DNA of 64,000 nucleotides from an uncultured Candidatus Babeliaceae bacterium (GTDB lineage Bacteria > Babelota > Babeliae > Babelales > Babelaceae). Within the stretch, counting starts at the first letter, position 1, and each line of letters opens with the position of its first letter. Location of the stretch: positions 224,001 through 288,000 of the forward strand of contig OY969927.1 of assembly GCA_963704655.1 (NCBI GenBank). Reading direction: 5' to 3'. Below the pieces are notes generated by a model that worked only from the letters and a program-made list of their open reading frames with translations, had not been told where the DNA came from and did no database searches. Both the position numbers and the translations under genes were made by a program. Positions 1 to 7,545 of this stretch are shown one piece after another.

Positions 1-2
1 AC

Positions 3-950
3 GGCAAGGTTGTTGGGGTTAATACTTCTGGTTTTGCCGCGGCATCAGCTCAAAATGTTAATTACATTATTCCAAGTAATGAAGTTACTCAGTTTTTAAA
101 ACATGCAGAACAGATGCATTGCGGTGGCGATGATAATAAAGACATTACTTTTTTGCGTAAACCATTTTTAGGTGTTCATTTTAATCCAGCAAGTGAAAGC
201 TTAACAACGTTCTTGAAAAATCCGCTTCCAGGTGGTTTATATGTTGTTGAAACCTATAAAAACAGCCCGCTACAAAAAGCAGGCGTTAAAGCTGGTGATA
301 TGATTTATGATATCGATGGTCATAGATTAGATGTTTTTGGTGAAATGAATGCACCGTGGTGCGAAGACAAAGTATCTATTGTCGATTATGTTTCGCGACT
401 TATGTTGGGAGATAAGATACATGTTACGGTATATCGTAATGGTAAGCCGGTTAAGCTATCATTTGTTTTTGAACAATGCGAACTTCCTGCAGTTCGTCAA
501 AAATTCCCGCCGTATGAAAAGATAGATTATGAATTGTTTGGCGGTATGGTCTTTATGGATCTTGCTCTCGATCATATTGCGCATCTTATTCAATCTGCAC
601 CATATCTTTCAAAATATATGGACTTTAAAAATCAGTTGGAGCCTGCTATAGTTCTTGCACATGTGTTGCCAGATTCTGTTGCATTGCGTTCACATGTATT
701 AATGCGTGGACAGATTATTAAAGAAATTAATGGCGTTGAAGTTAAAAATCTTGCCGACGTGCGAAGCGCATTAAGAAAAAGCATCGGATCTGATCATGTC
801 ACGATTAAAACATCAGAAAATATGTTTGTCGCGTTACCATTTAAAAAGATGCTTGAAGATGAAGACAAGCTCTCACGCATGCTGTTTTATACTATAACAC
901 CATTTGTTCAAGAGCTTATGAAAGACCAGCGTGTACATAATGGTAAATAG
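3..950 (+). CDS. HtrA/Deg-family serine protease with PDZ domains (5'-truncated by window edge)
   Basis: The frame is open from base 3 (GKVVGVNT...QNVNYIIP, end of a trypsin-like domain). PDZ segments follow (GLYVVETYKNSPLQKAGVKAGDMIYDIDG; IIKEINGVEVKNL). The track start at 114 is internal. Confidence 0.85.
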   Translation, partial: GKVVGVNTSGFAAASAQNVNYIIPSNEVTQFLKHAEQMHCGGDDNKDITFLRKPFLGVHFNPASESLTTFLKNPLPGGLYVVETYKNSPLQKAGVKAGDMIYDIDGHRLDVFGEMNAPWCEDKVSIVDYVSRLMLGDKIHVTVYRNGKPVKLSFVFEQCELPAVRQKFPPYEKIDYELFGGMVFMDLALDHIAHLIQSAPYLSKYMDFKNQLEPAIVLAHVLPDSVALRSHVLMRGQIIKEINGVEVKNLADVRSALRKSIGSDHVTIKTSENMFVALPFKKMLEDEDKLSRMLFYTITPFVQELMKDQRVHNGK

Positions 951-970
951 TCTGGTTATTGTAAATAGAG

Positions 971-1006
971 CCCGCTCGTGGTGAGCGAAGTCGAATCCAT
1001 AGCGGG
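971..1006. repeat. Palindromic repeat, family A (CCGCTC..TGAGC..GTCGAA..GCGG)
   Basis: cccgctcgtggtgagcgaagtcgaatccatagcggg; related copies at 1462, 2823, 14583, 31293, 33990, 35457 and 35508. Confidence 0.8.
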
Positions 1007-1020
1007 ATAAAGTAATAATT

Positions 1021-1854
1021 ATGGTTAAAACTCGTTTAGATAAAATTGTGGGGCAGCGCTACCCGGCGCTCTCGCGATCTAAAATACAAGAACTTATTAC
1101 ACAAGGTGCCGTTACGGTGAACGGCACCATTATTACCCGATCAAATTTTTTGGTTCTTGATAGTGCAATTATCGAACTTGATACAACTTTTCTTAAATAT
1201 GTTTCTCGCGCAGGCTTAAAGCTAGAATACGCATTACAGTATTTTAACATCTCTGTTAAAGATTTAATCTGCCTTGATGCGGGGTTATCAACCGGCGGGT
1301 TCACAGACTGTTTATTACAGCATGGCGCACATAAAGTTTACGGTGTTGATGTTGGCACTGCGCAGGTTGACCAAAAAATCGCGCAAGACCCCCGCGTGGT
1401 TATCATGGAAAACACCGATATTCGTAATATTATTCCACCAATAGGCGGGAACTCCCCTCATCCGCTCACCCTGAGCGAAGTCGACGTGTCCGGCGAAGCC
1501 TTGGCGAAGACGGAAGGGTCAAAGCGGCTTCCAGAACTAGTTGATATAATCACACTCGATCTTTCATTTATCTCCATAACTAAAGTAATAGAACATGTAG
1601 CTGACTTAATAAAACCGGGCGGGATATTAATTACGCTGATTAAACCGCAATTTGAAGTGGGACGTGAAGCCGCACAAGCTGCATCTGGGGTTATTAAAGA
1701 CAGCGATCTTCAACAGGTCACGGTGCAAAGCGTTATTAAAAGTATAGAATCAGCGGGCTTTGACTATAAAAACCTCACCGAATCACCGATTCTTGGCGGG
1801 TCGGGAAATAAAGAATTTTTAGCATATTGGTGCGCTAAGCGCACTGCTTTGTAA
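1021..1854 (+). CDS. tlyA: TlyA-family rRNA 2'-O-methyltransferase (S4 + FtsJ domains) with an in-frame repeat insertion
   Basis: RLDK S4 domain, YVSRAGLKL, LDAGLSTGGFTDCLLQHGA, DLSFIS, LIKPQFE, SPILGGSGNKEFL. Confidence 0.95.
   Translation: MVKTRLDKIVGQRYPALSRSKIQELITQGAVTVNGTIITRSNFLVLDSAIIELDTTFLKYVSRAGLKLEYALQYFNISVKDLICLDAGLSTGGFTDCLLQHGAHKVYGVDVGTAQVDQKIAQDPRVVIMENTDIRNIIPPIGGNSPHPLTLSEVDVSGEALAKTEGSKRLPELVDIITLDLSFISITKVIEHVADLIKPGGILITLIKPQFEVGREAAQAASGVIKDSDLQQVTVQSVIKSIESAGFDYKNLTESPILGGSGNKEFLAYWCAKRTAL
1462..1527. repeat. Family A palindrome with a nested 30-bp family B hairpin, in frame inside tlyA
   Basis: ccgctcaccctgagcgaagtcga[cgtgtccggcgaagccttggcgaagacgga]agggtcaaagcgg, 66 bp. 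Confidence 0.8.
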
Positions 1855-1881
1855 AAAAATTATAAAATAGTAAGTATATAT

Positions 1882-1972
1882 GCGCCCTACTTCGCTCTTG
1901 AAGAGCTCCGAAGGGCAGGCCTGTAGCTTTCCGGACTTCAAAATAGTGAGTTTTACTCACCATCCGTAGGTT
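1882..1972 (+). pseudogene. Broken 5' copy of tRNA-Arg(TCG) interrupted by two hairpin insertions
   Basis: GCG[B hairpin]CCTGTAGCT..CCGGACTTC[C hairpin]..TCCGTAGGTT matches pieces of the intact tRNA at 2023 in the same order. Confidence 0.7.
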
Positions 1973-2022
1973 ATCGAAAAAATAACTTTTATTTGCTAAA
2001 ATTGATACAATATATATTAAAT

Positions 2023-2099
2023 GCGCCTGTAGCTCAATTGGATAGAGTGCCGGACTTCGAATCCGTAGGTTGCAGGTTCGAGCCCTGCCAGGCGCACCA
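2023..2099 (+). tRNA. tRNA-Arg(TCG)
   Basis: Cloverleaf: acceptor GCGCCTG/CAGGCGC, anticodon loop CT-TCG-AA, T-arm GCAGG-TTCGAGC-CCTGC, encoded CCA. Confidence 0.95.
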
Positions 2100-2182
2100 T
2101 CTTTCGCTTATCCGGGGCTTCCGCCTTGGCAAGCTACAGATGGCAGGCCAGTTTTAAAAAATAAAATATTAGTGAGTAATTC

Positions 2183-2440
2183 ATGATAGAAGAAAGAAAA
2201 CTCAAGATAGCTGAAGCTCTTAAGGACAAGGGCGTGAAATTGCCATGTCCTCGCTGTGGTGGATTAAATTTTGAAGTCGTAGATCAAACGGTGCTATCAA
2301 TTAATGATAATTTAAATGTTATAAAATTAGGTGGTCCGTCTGTACCCGCAGCTTTAGTAGCTTGCTCACATTGTGGATTTATTACATTCCATTCATTGGG
2401 AGTTTTAAATTTAATGCCCAAAGATGAGAATATACAATGA
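2183..2440 (+). CDS. Small zinc-ribbon protein
   Basis: CPRC...CSHC motifs, 85 aa; overlaps the next ORF by ATGA. Confidence 0.75.
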   Translation: MIEERKLKIAEALKDKGVKLPCPRCGGLNFEVVDQTVLSINDNLNVIKLGGPSVPAALVACSHCGFITFHSLGVLNLMPKDENIQ

Positions 2441-2721
2441 ATTCCAAAGAGCCTGAAATTCATATTAATACTGCAGGTCCTGCTAACAAAAAAAGTAAGT
2501 TTGATCCTTCTATGCATCCTGGGGTTTTGGGTAAATTTTTTGGTGCTATCGAAAATGCGACTACTAGTATTAGCGGTTTAGTCGTTATTCTATTGATTGT
2601 AATTGCAACTTTAATTACATTTGTAGAAACAAAAGTTGATGCTACTGATTATTGGAAAAGTATTGTGTTGCCGACTGTTACAGCGCTGTTCGGATATCTT
2701 TTTGGAAAGCGTCCTAAGTAA
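2437..2721 (+). CDS. Small membrane protein (two predicted TM helices)
   Basis: Hydrophobic ISGLVVILLIVIATLITFV and IVLPTVTALFGYLFG; coupled to the upstream ORF. Confidence 0.7.
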   Translation: MNSKEPEIHINTAGPANKKSKFDPSMHPGVLGKFFGAIENATTSISGLVVILLIVIATLITFVETKVDATDYWKSIVLPTVTALFGYLFGKRPK

Positions 2722-2722
2722 A

Positions 2723-2820
2723 TAGATTGCAGGCCTGTCCTCTGTAGCGTGGTGCGTGAAACGCACTATTTCGCGTAAGGGGATTCGAGCCCTGCCAGGC
2801 GCACCATCTTGCGCTTATCC
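2723..2820 (+). repeat. Duplicated 3' part of tRNA-Arg(TCG), att-like, with a B/C hairpin inserted at the T-loop
   Basis: 2784-2820 matches 2077-2113 with one mismatch in 37 bp; the upstream TAGATTGCAGG matches tRNA TAGGTTGCAGG, with an insert at 2734-2783 between them. Confidence 0.85.
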
Positions 2821-2822
2821 AT

Positions 2823-2870
2823 GCCGCTCACCCTGAGTGTTTTGCGAAAGCAAAATGTTTCGAAGGGCGG
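2823..2870. repeat. Family A palindrome
   Basis: gccgctcaccctgagtgttttgcgaaagcaaaatgtttcgaagggcgg. Confidence 0.75.
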
Positions 2871-2935
2871 GACCCATGGTTAGGAATGAAAAATCTAAGT
2901 TCCAAGCCTAAATTCACGAAAAATTGAAGGTCTTT

Positions 2936-3940
2936 ATGGAAAAATTTACTCAAAAAATTATGATTCTATTGGCATCAATTGCCTGTCTTGTATATGCAAC
3001 AGCTGCGCCGTTACATGCAGTGGATGAAGCATCTCTTAAGAGCTTAGAAAGCAACGCTTGGAAACATGCTTATGCGGATCGAAAACATCTAGCGCTTGCA
3101 ATATTCAAAAAAGCAGCGCGTCTTGGTAGTTGGCAAGCTGCACAATTTTTGGCAAATGAGTATAATGAAGAGCATTTATTGAGTGAGTCAGATGCTGACC
3201 ACGCAGGTAAAAAATTTGCCGAATTGGCAAACACTCATGAGAAGCGATTAGATGAAAAATATCCTTTTGTTTCGTCCACACCTGTTAGCAGAAGGCATCT
3301 TCTAGAAGATCGCATTCAAAAATTGAGAGCAATACAGATTGCCCGTATAACACCATGGTACAAGGAGGTCTTGGAAGAATTTCCCAGGGCACAACAGCCA
3401 GAAACAAGTGCATTATATATTTTTAATACACTTGTTGGGTCATCTGATTCGGGCGCTGGAAAATGTAGGCGAGGGCATTTGTTTGAGATAGCCGTACCCC
3501 ACGCTTCTAGAGAAACTTTACAAGAGATATTTAAAAAAATGAAAGAGCGTCATAAGAGGTGGACTGGACATTATTCATCGTCTTTTAAAGATCACATTAA
3601 AGTGAGTCGAAGTGTAATGCGGGGATTGGATTTAGCAGCTAGAAAGAACGATGCTATTGATGAACTTAAAGATGTTTATGGAGGGGCATTTTTTTACCTT
3701 TACTATGATTGGATTTTGGGTCGCGACCAGCTGAGCGATTTTGGAGCAACCCATGATGACTTTGACGAGGAGGACATGGTTTGTGCGTTCCAGGAGTTGT
3801 ATTGTAATTATGCAAAACTAGATAAGCAAGACGCACAAGATACTATGTTTGGTATTTTGGGTTTTTATATGAAAGAAAAAGATCACAGAATTAGTGAACC
3901 TGTTTCAAAGATATTTAAATTTGTTAAAAATGGAATGTGA
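2936..3940 (+). CDS. Secreted hypothetical protein with one Sel1/TPR-like segment
   Basis: Signal-peptide-like N-terminus; ALAIFKKAARLGSWQAAQFLA resembles a Sel1 repeat; ATG 2936 preferred over TTG 2924. Confidence 0.7.
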   Translation: MEKFTQKIMILLASIACLVYATAAPLHAVDEASLKSLESNAWKHAYADRKHLALAIFKKAARLGSWQAAQFLANEYNEEHLLSESDADHAGKKFAELANTHEKRLDEKYPFVSSTPVSRRHLLEDRIQKLRAIQIARITPWYKEVLEEFPRAQQPETSALYIFNTLVGSSDSGAGKCRRGHLFEIAVPHASRETLQEIFKKMKERHKRWTGHYSSSFKDHIKVSRSVMRGLDLAARKNDAIDELKDVYGGAFFYLYYDWILGRDQLSDFGATHDDFDEEDMVCAFQELYCNYAKLDKQDAQDTMFGILGFYMKEKDHRISEPVSKIFKFVKNGM

Positions 3941-4010
3941 AATTTCATTATATGCATGCGATACTGAAAAACCCAAAAAGAATTTTTCATAAAAATTGTC
4001 TAATAACAAC

Positions 4011-4083
4011 CAAGTTGATATTATCGTAAGTAAAGTTGCAAAATAGTGCGCGAGCGCACCAGATAGACCGATAAGGCGCACCA
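4011..4083 (+). repeat. Cassette boundary repeat ending in GCACCA
   Basis: 4012-4083 versus 7058-7129: 72 bp with 5 mismatches by eye; shorter versions at 5252 and 6412. Confidence 0.85.
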
Positions 4084-4118
4084 AGTTTCAAGGACGATTT
4101 TTTATAGGTTAGGGATCG

Positions 4119-4694
4119 ATGATGCAAAACATTTTCATTTTATTAGCGCTTTTGCTATGCGAATTATATTCATACGCACAACCAAATGATCGAGGGGATA
4201 GTTCGTTGCATTTGGCTGTTATGGGAAGTGGGCCAGAAGCAGTAAGAGTTGTTGCAGAATTGATTGATAATGGTGCGGACATTGAAGCGCGAAACAATTT
4301 TGGTCAAACGCCCCTATTTTACGCAAGTTTATTCTGGGAAATGGATGACTCAAAATTACAAATAATTACTAATCTTTTATTAAAGGGGGCATCGTTACAA
4401 ACAAAAATCAAAGATGAAACTTGTTTTGAGGCTCTTAAGAAAGTTTATTTATTTAAGAGCGAAGGGCAAGTTGCGGAGCTTTTATCATTCTTCAATCGAG
4501 GTGAAAAGGATTTACAAATATTTCTCTCTTTTTTAAACGAACAGAAAGAACCAGCAATAAGAAAAGATGCATATAGAGAAATTATATTGAAATATCATCC
4601 TGATAGAGAGGTAAAGTATAGAGAATTACGCAATTTTATAACCCAAAAAATAATTAATTCCTATCGGCAAGCTACAGAGGGCGATCCAGTTTAA
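4119..4694 (+). CDS. Secreted ankyrin-repeat protein with a C-terminal J-domain-like segment
   Basis: Signal peptide; GDSSLHLAV and GADIEARNNFGQTPLFYA ankyrin motifs; AYREIILKYHPDR (HPD motif). Confidence 0.8.
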   Translation: MMQNIFILLALLLCELYSYAQPNDRGDSSLHLAVMGSGPEAVRVVAELIDNGADIEARNNFGQTPLFYASLFWEMDDSKLQIITNLLLKGASLQTKIKDETCFEALKKVYLFKSEGQVAELLSFFNRGEKDLQIFLSFLNEQKEPAIRKDAYREIILKYHPDREVKYRELRNFITQKIINSYRQATEGDPV

Positions 4695-4712
4695 CAAACA
4701 GGATGATTTTTT

Positions 4713-5150
4713 ATGTATAAAAGTTACATCTTCGTTCTTGCAATATGCACATTCTCATATTTATTTGCAACGGATCAAACAATTAATTTAAGGCTGCTGC
4801 TTGACGGTAAAGTTCGGGGTGCGAATATGATTGAGGCGATTTGTAAGGCTTCGTCTCACTCCCCATTGGCTGCCGCAGTGAGTGAAAAGAAAACTGTTGC
4901 AGTTGCCATAAGGCTGCGAAACAATGCATTAGATATTCGTTGTTTTGACACAGCCACGCCACCAGAATATATAAGCCTTATTGGAGAATATTGTTCCGCG
5001 TACCGCTCACTTTATCTAAATAAAGATATGATTACGTTGCGCTCATCAAATTTTGATTCAGAGAATCAGCTCGTTATTATTGGTTTAGCAAATAATGGCA
5101 AAGAACTACGCCAAGTTTATTCTGAAGAAAAATATGCTGTTCAAGATTAA
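4713..5150 (+). CDS. Secreted hypothetical protein
   Basis: 145-aa ORF with a signal-peptide-like N-terminus and AGGA upstream. Confidence 0.7.
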   Translation: MYKSYIFVLAICTFSYLFATDQTINLRLLLDGKVRGANMIEAICKASSHSPLAAAVSEKKTVAVAIRLRNNALDIRCFDTATPPEYISLIGEYCSAYRSLYLNKDMITLRSSNFDSENQLVIIGLANNGKELRQVYSEEKYAVQD

Positions 5151-5251
5151 TCATTTATTTCTGGGCCCTCTTAATATTCGAACTTCTATAAAATTATTTT
5201 TATAAATCTTGGTAGTATGGGTTATGAATATAACAATTGCCTGATAGCGAA

Positions 5252-5370
5252 CAAGTTGATATTCTTGTAAAAGAAGTTACTAAGATAGCCCGATAGGTAG
5301 CACCATATTGCGCTCTTTTAGAGCTACCTTCTTGCACTAAAGTTGCAAAGGACAGGCAGATGGCAGGCCA
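5252..5370 (+). repeat. Cassette boundary repeat plus CCA-anchored B hairpin with a nested 30-bp B copy
   Basis: caagttgatatt..aagttactaagatagcccgataggtagcacca, then ccatat..[5327-5356]..agatggcaggcca. Confidence 0.75.
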
Positions 5371-5582
5371 TCCTCTTGTTTTCCAATCAAGTTACGAAAA
5401 TTTTGCACGAATAGAGAGGAACCAGGTGTCAGAATGGCAATTTACCTACATGGGGAATATTCTTGAGTACATGCATATTGGAAAATCAACAAATTTTTGT
5501 TCTTTACTCCTTGTTTATATAATCCAATTGTTATAAACTTTATAAGTTCATTTTTGTATAAACCCTTTATTCTAGGTTAAAC

Positions 5583-6245
5583 ATGAAAAAACTTATGTTC
5601 TTAATGACATTCGTAATGGTATCAAACTCTCTGGTAGGAATGGCGTATCTTACCCTTGCCACAGGAGAGCCAGTGAGCCTTGAACAACCAGATGGTACTG
5701 AATTTTCAGCGGTTGACATCTCACTCATGTTTGAATCCCATGCAAAACGTGTGTATGAAAATTTTCATGTTGACGCTGCGGTGCTAAGAAATACAAAATT
5801 TTTGGTGTCTTCTCATAAAGACTTCGCCCAGGTAGAGAAAGTTGACGATGGGAGAGCTTGGTTTTTTAAGCAAGCTGGGGAACTCGTACGATTGGTGAGA
5901 GGAAAAGATGGTTCTAATTATGTGGTACTTTCGCCAGCGATGTTAACTTGGTATGATGCGGGTCATTTTAATCATAATAATAGTACCGTGAGCTATAATG
6001 CATTCTATCTTTTTGAATTGTTGTCTGTTGCGCGAGGATGTACATTTGCCGATGAAGAGTTTGGCGGGCCAGATTATCTGGCAAAAAGATATAAGTTTGC
6101 AGTAGAAAGGTTTTCTTCTGAAGGCCTTAAGGGATTGCAAGAAAGCTTTGAGAGTAGCAAGGAGATAGTTTCTGGTTATCAGGGCGTGCCTGAACTGCTT
6201 GCTCAAGAGCTGGCAAAGCGCAGGATGTCAGCCGATAAAGAATAA
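5583..6245 (+). CDS. Secreted hypothetical protein
   Basis: 220-aa ORF; MKKLMFLMTFVMVSNSLVG signal-like N-terminus. Confidence 0.75.
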   Translation: MKKLMFLMTFVMVSNSLVGMAYLTLATGEPVSLEQPDGTEFSAVDISLMFESHAKRVYENFHVDAAVLRNTKFLVSSHKDFAQVEKVDDGRAWFFKQAGELVRLVRGKDGSNYVVLSPAMLTWYDAGHFNHNNSTVSYNAFYLFELLSVARGCTFADEEFGGPDYLAKRYKFAVERFSSEGLKGLQESFESSKEIVSGYQGVPELLAQELAKRRMSADKE

Positions 6246-6411
6246 AGGGAATTATTATGGATCATCTACCATTGTACCTATAAAAAACCATTTAAACTTC
6301 AGCTTTTTCATATTTTTTAAATCTATGCCACAGATGAACGTAACGAGCTTAAGGTATTCGGTATGGCTGCGAGCAGCTGACGGATAGCGTAGATTGTGCT
6401 ACTATCTATAG

Positions 6412-6475
6412 AGAAGTTGCGACAATAGCCCGATAGAGTGCACCATACTTCGCCAAGGCTTCGTATGGCGAGCCA
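6412..6475 (+). repeat. Cassette boundary repeat plus CCA-anchored B hairpin
   Basis: agaagttgcgacaatagcccgatagagtgca-ccatacttcgccaaggcttcgtatggcgagcca. Confidence 0.75.
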
Positions 6476-6542
6476 GCCTTTTTACGGAATGACAGGCAAA
6501 TCATAGTTCTTTGTTTTTTTGAAAATTCTGAGGAAAATAATT

Positions 6543-6917
6543 ATGAAACAATTTTTTCTTTTTCTTGCGATTATGCCAATTGCATTGCTAGCCATGGAGC
6601 CAAATAATCATGCCTCTCTCGGACTAGTTGAGCATTTTGCTATAATGCTCAGTGCAGGTAGTCAATACACCGAGCGCACATTGGATAATTTAAAATCAAA
6701 ACGCTTGGAAAGTCTCGCTGAGATGAAACAAAAGCAAGCAATACCAAAAATTATAAATCAATTAGAAACATGTGCTGAAAATGATAAGCTAAAAAGCCGG
6801 GTGCAATGCCAAGTAGTTTATGATTGGTTCATTTCAGAGCTTCGAGCCCAAGGATATTTTACAAATGTACCTGTGGGTGGGGAATTTACTCAAAAAGTAA
6901 TGGAAGCCATTGAATAA
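6543..6917 (+). CDS. Secreted hypothetical protein
   Basis: MKQFFLFLAIMPIALLAME signal peptide; GAGGA upstream of ATG 6543. Confidence 0.7.
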   Translation: MKQFFLFLAIMPIALLAMEPNNHASLGLVEHFAIMLSAGSQYTERTLDNLKSKRLESLAEMKQKQAIPKIINQLETCAENDKLKSRVQCQVVYDWFISELRAQGYFTNVPVGGEFTQKVMEAIE

Positions 6918-7057
6918 TTTGCTTAGATTTACTTACCCTTATTAATAAAAATTGGCGAGAGCCAGAGTACAAACTTCAAAAACGTGGGCTAAATTTAAAG
7001 TTTTTTTCAAGCTTGAATGGCTTTTAAGCCGTTAATAGAAATTGTTTAATTGCAAGT

Positions 7058-7164
7058 AAGTTGATATTATCATAAGTAAAGTTGCAAAATAGTGCGCGAG
7101 CGCACCAGATAACCCGATAGGGTGCACCAGTCATTTCCTTTCAGGGGAAATGCCTGGCAGGCCA
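7058..7164 (+). repeat. Cassette boundary repeat plus CCA-anchored hairpin
   Basis: Near-copy of 4012-4083, followed by ccagtcatttcc..ggaaatgcctggcaggcca. Confidence 0.85.
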
Positions 7165-7208
7165 GTCTCTTTAATCAACAAATTTTATATAAAAAAATTG
7201 AAAATTAC

Positions 7209-7256
7209 GCGCCCGTAGCTTCCACCTTCGTTAAAACTATGGTGGACAGGCAGTTG
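7209..7256 (+). pseudogene. 5' fragment of tRNA-Arg(CCT) interrupted by a 30-bp B element
   Basis: GCGCCCGTAGCT[tccaccttcgttaaaactatggtggacagg]CAGT; removing the insert restores GCGCCCGTAGCTCAGT. Confidence 0.7.
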
Positions 7257-7293
7257 TTTAAAATAAAATCTTGAATACTATAGTATTTATAGC

Positions 7294-7370
7294 GCGCCCG
7301 TAGCTCAGTAGGATAGAGCGACAGTTTCCTAAACTGTAGGCCACTGGTTCGAGCCCTGCCAGGCGCACCA
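7294..7370 (+). tRNA. Chimeric tRNA-Arg(CCT) with the 3' end of tRNA-Arg(TCG); possibly a pseudo-tRNA
   Basis: The 5' part matches the tRNA at 9352-9428 except two D-loop bases; the part after GGTTCGA is identical to the TCG tRNA. The T-stem has two mismatches and the acceptor stem one. Confidence 0.8.
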
Positions 7371-7458
7371 GGCTTCGCTCTTACGAGCTTCGCCTGGCAT
7401 GCCAATTTCTTAAATGACTTTTTTTGGAACAGTAAACTTGAGATAATTAAAGCGAAGA

Positions 7459-7519
7459 CTGTCCGGCGTAGCTTCTTTTTTATATAAATTTTTTATGAAC
7501 TATTCAGCGAAGCCTGGAC
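7459..7519. repeat. Family B hairpin with an AT-rich loop just upstream of the GIY-YIG gene
   Basis: ctgtccggcgtagc...gcgaagcctggac; an oppositely oriented B-like hairpin lies at 7368-7404. Confidence 0.7.
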
Positions 7520-7545
7520 TAATTTAAAAAAATAAAGTGATTTCT

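Noticed and set aside
2100-7370. Classical integron with attC sites
   Set aside because: No intI and no convincing RYYYAAC...GTTRRRY paired structure by eye; the boundaries resemble tRNA ends instead. IntegronFinder would settle this.
7205-7405. 66-aa minus-strand ORF
   Set aside because: It is the antisense reading of the tRNA and hairpins.
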